Shown here in pieces: positions 8,902-14,587 of a stretch of DNA of 25,737 bases (position 1 is the first letter of the stretch; every line of letters starts with the position of its first letter). The notes below the pieces were generated by a model. It saw nothing but the letters and a program-made list of their open reading frames with translations, was not told the DNA's origin and did not search any database. Position numbers and translations under genes: made by a program. The DNA lies in the IMG/VR virus record IMGVR_UViG_3300011443_000049, positions 1-25,737 of that record; one strand, given 5' to 3'. This DNA is from a virus. Its lineage: Duplodnaviria; Caudoviricetes.

Positions 8902-9101
8902 TGCCGGGGCACCAGCGTGGGGACCTGGATCATGGAATCGGTGTGCCGCTGATCCTGCATCCGGCGGATCACGTCCTTGGCGGCTTCGAGCAACCCGTAG
9001 CACAGGACGGCGTCCTGAAGCGGCCCGTTCACCTAGATCTGGCCGTTGCTCACCATCCGGACGGTGATCTGGTGTAGCACTTTGGCCCCGTTATCGCTCA
9101 C
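8898..9101 (-). pseudogene. Small phage protein with an in-frame TAG at codon 23
   Basis: GGAGG RBS and GTG at 9101: MSDNGAKVLHQITVRMVSNGQI*VNGPLQDAVLCYGLLEAAKDVIRRMQ...PRQ; final TGA overlaps the next ATG; TAG at 9033-9035. Confidence 0.6.
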
Positions 9102-9327
9102 TTTTGCCCTCCTGCCTCCCGGCATTTCTCGGCAGCGCCAATTTTTCAATCCTTACGACTATTTCACTCTCGATCACAATATCGACCCAATCCCACCCTG
9201 CCCCAGTGTTTACCTCCACAATCCTTCGGCCTTCCAGGATTTTCGCAAGCACTTCACAATCCTGGGTGGAATAAAGGTCCAGTGGGTTCAACCCGTCGAT
9301 ATGGATCGTCGATCGGTTCTCGCTCAA
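9091..9327 (-). CDS. Hypothetical protein (78 aa)
   Basis: TTG start overlaps the upstream TGA; GGAGG RBS; fills the operon gap. Confidence 0.6.
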   Translation of the reverse strand: MSENRSTIHIDGLNPLDLYSTQDCEVLAKILEGRRIVEVNTGAGWDWVDIVIESEIVVRIEKLALPRNAGRQEGKSER

Positions 9328-9929
9328 CTCCCACCTCCCGTGATCCTCTGGACCACCGACATCGTTTTTTCGAGCGGTTCCAGCCCGCCAGACCCGAAAT
9401 TGATCTGCTGGGCCACGAGCGGCCCCTTCTGGCCCTTCAGCCCCATCGCCTCAAACAGCAGGGCGCGGGCGGCGGCGTCCCCGGACACCCGCACCTTCCC
9501 CGCGCCGTCGCACCGGACGCACTTTTTCGTCAACCGGACATCACCTTCCTCGGAAACCGCCGGATCGGCCACGAGTCCCTCGCCGTCGCACCGGGGGCAA
9601 GGCTCCATCCGGGACTTCGAGTCCACGGCGACATCGGCCATGACCTCGGGGGCGTGCTCCATCGCGACCAGCATGGTGGCCTGCATCTGGAAATCGCGGT
9701 AGAACTCGACCAACTCGTGCCAGGAGATATCGAGTTTCCGGCAGAGGGTCACAAGCGACGTTGCGCGCCCATCCGGCTTCGCCAGGGCGGCCTGGAGCGC
9801 GGTAAAGCGGGGATCGGGCGAGCTTTCGAGCGCCGCCGAGAGTTTCGCGCGGGGTACGGCGTCCTCGAACTGCGCCATCGGCGCCTTCGACTTTTCAGTC
9901 TGCACTTGTTTCGACGGAGTTTTCGCCAT
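9324..9929 (-). CDS. Candidate terminase small subunit: HTH-like region plus DnaJ-type zinc finger
   Basis: SLVTLCRKLDISWHEL (HTH-like), CPRCDGEG...CVRCDGAG, C-terminal PLVAQQINF strand; upstream of TerL. The TerS role is positional inference. Confidence 0.5.
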   Translation of the reverse strand: MAKTPSKQVQTEKSKAPMAQFEDAVPRAKLSAALESSPDPRFTALQAALAKPDGRATSLVTLCRKLDISWHELVEFYRDFQMQATMLVAMEHAPEVMADVAVDSKSRMEPCPRCDGEGLVADPAVSEEGDVRLTKKCVRCDGAGKVRVSGDAAARALLFEAMGLKGQKGPLVAQQINFGSGGLEPLEKTMSVVQRITGGGS

Positions 9930-10068
9930 ACTCACACGCCTTTTCCAATGCTGCGCATATCTTTACCATCTCGGGGTCGTCACCGTCGATCTCCTTCGCG
10001 CGATCAGGAAAGAGATCCGCGAACAATTCGCAGGCCATCGTGAACGCAATATATCCAGGTAGCGCCAT
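9895..10068 (-). CDS. Hypothetical protein (57 aa, MALPGYIAFTMACELF...)
   Basis: AAGGAGG RBS ahead of ATG 10068; corresponds to the C-terminal part of track ORF 9895..10356. Confidence 0.55.
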   Translation of the reverse strand: MALPGYIAFTMACELFADLFPDRAKEIDGDDPEMVKICAALEKACEYGENSVETSAD

Positions 10069-10072
10069 TCCG

Positions 10073-10363
10073 TTAGCCTCCTTCGGCACCACCACGGTGG
10101 ATTTGATGTGGATCTCGAATCTCGAACCATTCCTTGCCGATCCCGATGTAAACGCGCTTGCAGCGCTGGCAGCATACGTCGTGAATCTTGCACGTACACG
10201 ACACAACGCACCCGTGGCATCCGCATGGCAATAGAATGTACGGGTTGACCATGTTTTTGCAGCAAGCCATTTTGCATTTTCTCTGTACTTTCCCAATTCC
10301 ACGAGCCAGTACGTTGTGTGCCTTGCCGCCCTTTTCAACACGCCCGAATTGCTCAACGGTCAC
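10073..10363 (-). CDS. Cys-rich small protein (start at 10363 or 10270)
   Basis: GTG overlaps the upstream TGA; MACCKN...CGCHGCVVSCTCKIHDVCCQRC. Confidence 0.5.
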   Translation of the reverse strand: MTVEQFGRVEKGGKAHNVLARGIGKVQRKCKMACCKNMVNPYILLPCGCHGCVVSCTCKIHDVCCQRCKRVYIGIGKEWFEIRDPHQIHRGGAEGG

Positions 10364-10539
10364 GCTTTCACCCCCAGGGAACGGGCCATCTCCTCGATCT
10401 TATGACGAAACACGGGCATCGGAGCGGCTTTCCCGGACTCCCACCGATGCACGGTCGTGGCAGTCGTCCCCAGGCGCCGGGCAAACTCCTCCTGGGTCAA
10501 CTCCAGACGCTTGCGAATCGCGGAAATCAGTTGCGCCAT
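10360..10539 (-). CDS. XRE/Cro-family HTH regulator (59 aa)
   Basis: IRKRLELTQEEFARRLGTTATTVHRWESGKAAP. Confidence 0.9.
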   Translation of the reverse strand: MAQLISAIRKRLELTQEEFARRLGTTATTVHRWESGKAAPMPVFRHKIEEMARSLGVKA

Positions 10540-10922
10540 CACGTTTTCGGCTCGTAGTACGCGGTTTTGTCCTCGTACCCGATGAGAGTCCAGTGCCGCC
10601 CGAGGGGGTCCTCGAAGTCCACCGGCGGTCCCGTGGTGCCGTCGGGGCGCTCCACAGCGGGCACAGTAGCGATTTCCCGCCCCAGGTGCGCCAGAATCGG
10701 GGCACCGACCGAACGTCCGATCAACTTGGCCCGCAATCCCTTGATCTTGGCGTGAAAGAACTTCCCGGCGCTCGGGGCTTCCCGCAACTGAGTGTAAAGC
10801 TCCGGCTCCACGTCGCGGTACTCCCACATCTCGCCGGTGTGAAACTGAACCCGCAAGGTTTTCTTCTCCGGCTCGTACCCGGCGGCCTTGATGAAGCTGC
10901 TGGTCAACGGTTCCAGCGTCAC
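10539..10922 (-). CDS. KTSC domain protein with C-terminal extension (127 aa)
   Basis: SSFIKAAGYEPEKKTLRVQFHTGEMWEYRDVEPELYTQLREAPSAGKFFHAKIK; GTG overlaps the upstream TGA. Confidence 0.88.
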   Translation of the reverse strand: MTLEPLTSSFIKAAGYEPEKKTLRVQFHTGEMWEYRDVEPELYTQLREAPSAGKFFHAKIKGLRAKLIGRSVGAPILAHLGREIATVPAVERPDGTTGPPVDFEDPLGRHWTLIGYEDKTAYYEPKT

Positions 10923-11062
10923 GGCCCCATCCTCAACGTCCGGTCCACCGCCTCCGAGACCGCGTACAGGAAGTGGTTCAGACGCCAAAGCCCCCATAAC
11001 GCCAGCGGAATCACCACGATGGCGTGCAGCAAACGAAATCTTCGGTCGAGTGCGTTTCTCAT
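10919..11062 (-). CDS. Small single-TM membrane peptide (47 aa)
   Basis: MRNALDRRFRLLHAIVVIPLALWGLWRLNHFLYAV...; stop coupled to the KTSC gene. Confidence 0.55.
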   Translation of the reverse strand: MRNALDRRFRLLHAIVVIPLALWGLWRLNHFLYAVSEAVDRTLRMGP

Positions 11063-11070
11063 GGTAAGTT

Positions 11071-11152
11071 GAAAATCCACGGCGGACCCTGGACGGAGGA
11101 GGAGAACCAGTTCGGTCCGCCGTGGTGCTTTCCATTCCTCGCAGGGAAGCAT
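11071..11152 (-). ncRNA. Putative structured leader or small RNA (two hairpins, CUCCUCCUCC loop)
   Basis: Perfect 12-bp stem 11077-11088/11114-11125; 8-bp imperfect stem 11126-11133/11144-11151; followed by AUUUUC; begins just downstream of a -10 box. Confidence 0.5.
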
Positions 11153-11156
11153 CCCC

Positions 11157-11185
11157 ACTATACATCTGTTAGGTGCGCCCCGCAA
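11157..11185 (-). promoter_or_regulatory. Sigma70-type promoter (candidate late promoter)
   Basis: TTGCGG (11185-11180), 17-nt spacer, TATAGT (11162-11157). Confidence 0.6.
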
Positions 11186-11388
11186 GAGAAATCTACCTCT
11201 GGGATCTGAATTTCACCTTCTGCCGCCCGCCGCGAGAACATCGGGATCGTCACGCCAACGATTTCCGACGTGGACTTCTCGATCTTAAGGATCTGCCCTC
11301 GCCCAGTCTCCACATAACGAGACCCACCGGTCGCAGGACGGAAAGTGATGTAGAGCACATCGGTGCTCTTATCGTAATCCACCGTCAT
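11158..11388 (-). CDS. DUF2283-like protein (76 aa)
   Basis: YDKSTDVLYITF...EIVGVTI signature. Confidence 0.8.
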   Translation of the reverse strand: MTVDYDKSTDVLYITFRPATGGSRYVETGRGQILKIEKSTSEIVGVTIPMFSRRAAEGEIQIPEVDFSCGAHLTDV

Positions 11389-11987
11389 GCCACCCCACGC
11401 CGCGCCTTCAACAACGCCCGTCGCACCGTCCGCGCCGCCTTCGTCCTCACCTGCACATACACCTGCTCATCCGTCACTTCCGGATTCTCCGCCACGATCC
11501 GCGCGACGTGATCCTCCGTCCTGATCCGCGCCGCGCACTTCGCACAATACCCAGATCGCTGGATCTTCCGCTGAAACCCACACCCGGAACACTTGCCCAG
11601 CGGCACCTGCACAACCACCGGTTCCGCATCACCCTGCTTCGGCGCGAATATCGCCGATGTCAAACGGTACTCCGCCCGCTGACCGTTCCTCACTGGCACC
11701 CTCTCAACGTAACCCCTTGAAACCAATTCACATATCCCGCCAACAACAGCCTCCAGCCGCGCCCCGATCGTCCGCGCAATCCATCTCACCCCGCAAGAAA
11801 CCAGCGGTCCGCTCCGCGCCGAAGCCGCTAAAGCGAAGTAAATCCTAACACTTCTATCGCTCAGCGTCGCGTCCGACCCCACTTCCCACGGAATCCGTGA
11901 GTGACGCAACCGTTCCGCCTGTCCGGAACGCTTTTGCGGGCAACCGTTCCGCCCGGGTGGAACACGTATAGAGTTAAGAGTACTCAC
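11385..11987 (-). CDS. Winged-HTH plus zinc-finger DNA-binding protein (start uncertain)
   Basis: IPWEVGSDATLSDRSVRIYFALA...IARTIG...ICELVSRGYVER (wHTH); CSGC...YCAKC; GTG 11987 overlaps the upstream TGA. Confidence 0.7.
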   Translation of the reverse strand: MSTLNSIRVPPGRNGCPQKRSGQAERLRHSRIPWEVGSDATLSDRSVRIYFALAASARSGPLVSCGVRWIARTIGARLEAVVGGICELVSRGYVERVPVRNGQRAEYRLTSAIFAPKQGDAEPVVVQVPLGKCSGCGFQRKIQRSGYCAKCAARIRTEDHVARIVAENPEVTDEQVYVQVRTKAARTVRRALLKARRGVA

Positions 11988-12139
11988 GAGATTCGTTCTC
12001 CCCTCTGCATCCTCGCCCTCACGCTCGTGATGATCTCCATTACCTCCCGGTACCGCCGCGTCTTTCGGTACGCCGGCACCGGACACTTCCCCCTATGCGC
12101 CTTCCGGCACGCAATGCAAACCGGCTGCTTTCCCTTCAT
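11984..12139 (-). CDS. Small basic protein with CxxC-x3-H-x3-C motif (51 aa), possibly leaderless
   Basis: MKGKQPVCIACRKAHRGKCP; TATGAT -10 box at 12152-12147, 7 nt before the ATG. Confidence 0.5.
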   Translation of the reverse strand: MKGKQPVCIACRKAHRGKCPVPAYRKTRRYREVMEIITSVRARMQRGERIS

Positions 12140-12438
12140 AATCCACATCATACACCTGTACAGTACCCCTTTCCCATTTTTTACAATACGGCGGAGTGGC
12201 CAAAGCCTTTGTTTAGACCCCGGCACCCCACCCCTTGGACAATCCAGGGCAATCGCGGCGCGGGCCGGGCCGGTGCGCCGCAGCACGGTCGCCGGCGACC
12301 GGCCGCACCAGGGCGCAGCTCGGCACGGATCGCACGCGGCGAGCATGAAAAGCGCCACCTGACGCCAGTGTATCGCACGTGCTACATGCAGGAATGAGCG
12401 TAAAACGTTGAAAGCATGGAGGTTAGAGATAATCTAGG

Positions 12439-12467
12439 AGTTGACATAATTCCCCATTATCGGAAGT
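12439..12467 (-). other. dif-like XerC/XerD recombination site
   Basis: ACTTCCGATAA-TGGGGAA-TTATGTCAACT; arms resemble B. subtilis dif (ACTTCCTAGAA/TTATGTAAACT) and E. coli dif (GGTGCGCATAA/TTATGTTAAAT); intergenic; 7-nt spacer. Confidence 0.8.
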
Positions 12468-12507
12468 TGCGCTGGGAATGGCGGACAATGCGCCGGCGGA
12501 GGTGGGT

Positions 12508-12741
12508 TTACTTGCGGCCAGCGGCGATCTCGAATCCTGCCTTGTAGCCTTCGCGCCATGCCTCAAGCTGGTCGGGCGTGTAGGGTAGGCGCCCGAGACG
12601 CGCACGAACCATCAACGTAGCGTGCAGGGAACGCTCGGCACGAGTTGAGCCTTTCCAGCGTCCCTTGCCACGAACCTTGACGGCTAGTAGGCTCATTTCC
12701 TTAGCAAATGCGCGGTCATCGAAGTTATACGCTCTGCGCAT
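12508..12741 (-). CDS. Small basic hypothetical protein (77 aa)
   Basis: RGKGRWKGSTRAERSLHA...RAR, similar in pattern to the upstream neighbour. Confidence 0.5.
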   Translation of the reverse strand: MRRAYNFDDRAFAKEMSLLAVKVRGKGRWKGSTRAERSLHATLMVRARLGRLPYTPDQLEAWREGYKAGFEIAAGRK

Positions 12742-12756
12742 CTTAACCTAATACCG

Positions 12757-12948
12757 CTATAAGGTTGAGCTTATACTACCTTGCGCTTTGCGCTTGGCCC
12801 AGCGTACGGCGATAGCTTTGCGGCCGGCTGCGGAGCGCTGCTCGGGTGACTGGCGAGCGACGCGAGCGGCAGCGCCCTTGCGGCCACGCTCGGAGAGCGC
12901 CTGGCGAACGGCATCGGCGATACGCTGTTCCAGTGTTGGTTTCGCCAT
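12757..12948 (-). CDS. Small basic protein with GRKG..AR...SPEQRS..GRKA..VRW motif (63 aa), leaderless
   Basis: Motif typical of small basic phage/KGG-like proteins; ATG 6 nt after TATAAT with no RBS. Confidence 0.7.
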   Translation of the reverse strand: MAKPTLEQRIADAVRQALSERGRKGAAARVARQSPEQRSAAGRKAIAVRWAKRKAQGSISSTL

Positions 12949-12954
12949 ATCCAT

Positions 12955-12984
12955 ATTATACGAGGGTGCTCGAAAAAAAAGCAA
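12955..12984 (-). promoter_or_regulatory. Leftward sigma70 promoter
   Basis: TTGCTT (12984-12979), 18-nt spacer, TATAAT (12960-12955). Confidence 0.65.
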
Positions 12985-13003
12985 GAAAAGATTGAATTGG
13001 GTA

Positions 13004-13032
13004 TTGACAGGATACGAGCAAGCTAGTAGTAT
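13004..13032 (+). promoter_or_regulatory. Rightward sigma70 promoter
   Basis: TTGACA (13004-13009), 17-nt spacer, TAGTAT (13027-13032); A-rich upstream tract. Confidence 0.72.
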
Positions 13033-13066
13033 GGGTTTGTAAGGCAGAAAAAACAGGAAACTCAAT

Positions 13067-13324
13067 ATGGACAATGAACAAAGAGTAAACAGCGTATGGA
13101 TGCGGCTTCAGTGTTTGAGTTGCGAGCACGCGCGCCGGATCGGTCCGCAGTACATCCGTACGTGGCCGAAACGTCAGGTTAGCGTGCCGGAAACGATTCA
13201 AGAGAACGTCGAAATACTCGGGCGCGGCGACGAAGTAGAAATCAAGTCACGCGTGCTCTGGTACATCACGTTTCATCCGCAAGTGTTCGATGCGTGCTCG
13301 GCGCGCAACTGGGCAATGGTTTAG
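13067..13324 (+). CDS. Hypothetical protein (85 aa)
   Basis: AGGA RBS; first ORF after the rightward promoter. Confidence 0.6.
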   Translation: MDNEQRVNSVWMRLQCLSCEHARRIGPQYIRTWPKRQVSVPETIQENVEILGRGDEVEIKSRVLWYITFHPQVFDACSARNWAMV

Positions 13325-13351
13325 GTAAGGCAGGGAAGAGAGGAAAACACG

Positions 13352-13742
13352 ATGGAAACCAGATACGTTGACGCTGATAACTCGGTTGAGGCAGTGTGGG
13401 CCGCGATCCACGCGCGAGTCTGACTGTCTGCGGTGGGTAGAGCGTCAGACGCTCCACACGTTGACGGGCTGGCTGCTGCTGAGCCGGGCTGAGTGCCGGG
13501 CCTTCGTCCGCTCGCAGACAAACCCGGCGGTGACACTTCAGGACGTGCCGGACGTGCCGGTTACTCTCCGCGATTCGCTGGCCGCCGGCAATTGCCGCCC
13601 GACATCCGAGGTGGTAGCTGGCTGGTTTTCCCCTCGTACCGAGGTGCCGGCCCGCGAGCTGGCCCGGATGGTGCGCGACCGTGAGCCGACGCTGCTGCCG
13701 TTCGCGTTGCGCGCCATCAGCCATGCTGCCAAGAGAGCGTGA
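13352..13742 (+). pseudogene. Hypothetical protein with an apparent frameshift at the CGCGCG run (13411-13416)
   Basis: GAGG RBS and ATG 13352 give METRYVDADNSVEAVWAAIHA.. (stop 13421-13423); the next frame continues ESDCLRWVERQ...VTLRDSLAAGNCRP...VPARELAR to 13742. Confidence 0.5.
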
Positions 13743-13818
13743 CCGCCGCGCCTAGGGCATCCCCACGGGTGCCACGGGCGAGCCGGTTAGATGGCTCGGG
13801 AAACAGAGGAGAAATCAA

Positions 13819-14109
13819 ATGGAATACAGCAAACTGAATCTCAAACGTGAAGACGCGAAGATGCTCAATCCACACCAGCGGGCGAAGTTCGACCCACTTA
13901 CCGGGCTGGTCTGGATCGAGGATGGAACGGCGGGTGTGGCGCACTCAGCACACCCAAACGTGGAAGCAAATCGGCAGACGCGACGCATTCACCCCGGACG
14001 GATCGAGGTTCGTGGGTTTCTCTACTCACGCGACATCTTCACGTCTACGGATCTCGACCGCCTTGCGGCCCGCTATTGCCGCTGCTGCGGATGTACAGGC
14101 GTGGATTAG
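13819..14109 (+). CDS. Hypothetical phage protein (96 aa)
   Basis: GAGGAG RBS; TGLVWIEDGTAGVAHSAHPN; C-terminal CRCCGC. Confidence 0.75.
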   Translation: MEYSKLNLKREDAKMLNPHQRAKFDPLTGLVWIEDGTAGVAHSAHPNVEANRQTRRIHPGRIEVRGFLYSRDIFTSTDLDRLAARYCRCCGCTGVD

Positions 14110-14114
14110 CCATC

Positions 14115-14243
14115 ATGGAACACATTAACTCCATCCTGGATCGTATTGAAACTACAATACGTATCGGTATGTGGCTCATGCCTATCGCGTGCGCTGCGTG
14201 CCTGTTTCTGCGGGTTTGGCTGGACGTTGGGAGGCGAAGATGA
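14115..14243 (+). CDS. Small membrane peptide (42 aa, MEHINSILDRIETTIRIGMWLMPIACAACLFLRVWLDVGRRR)
   Basis: Fills the gap; TGA overlaps the next ATG; hydrophobic stretch. Confidence 0.5.
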   Translation: MEHINSILDRIETTIRIGMWLMPIACAACLFLRVWLDVGRRR

Positions 14244-14479
14244 TGGAAATTCAGATTCCTGTAGGGGCACAGGTTCACATCAGCCCCGCTTTCGTTCGGG
14301 ACGGTGCATATCGCTGCACCGTCACAGTTGGGGACGTGGCCACTACACTTGCCATGAAACCCTACAGCCCGGCACCGCTGCCGGGAATCTACCGGCCCGT
14401 GTCGGGATGTCGGCTGCAACTGACTAACCCCGTAAGGGATCAATGGATTTGGGACGGGGTATGGGAGCGGGTTTCTTGA
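14240..14479 (+). CDS. Hypothetical protein (79 aa)
   Basis: GGAGG RBS; ATGA overlap with the upstream ORF. Confidence 0.6.
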   Translation: MMEIQIPVGAQVHISPAFVRDGAYRCTVTVGDVATTLAMKPYSPAPLPGIYRPVSGCRLQLTNPVRDQWIWDGVWERVS

Positions 14480-14587
14480 TTTTCGCTCTAGCGCCTCGCG
14501 TGAGCCGTGGTAGTGGCTAACCCGCCACCCGGAGCCGTTCGACGCAGCCTGAGCGATCCTAGGCACCAAAGCGTGGCATTCTACGGC

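Noticed and set aside
3041-9101. Genome-wide TAG reassignment (genetic code 15)
   Set aside because: Long genes (portal, DnaB, TerL halves) contain no internal TAG, and TAG ends many ORFs normally (e.g. 5696, 11158, 12757, 13324, 14109).
161-11072. Long plus-strand ORFs (161..1099, 2882..4447, 7317..8579, 9282..10043, 10188..11072)
   Set aside because: Antisense shadows of GC-rich minus-strand genes; no motifs or RBS support.
11071-11152. tRNA gene
   Set aside because: No cloverleaf, TTCRA T-loop arm or CCA arrangement; no tRNA or rRNA was recognised anywhere in the window.
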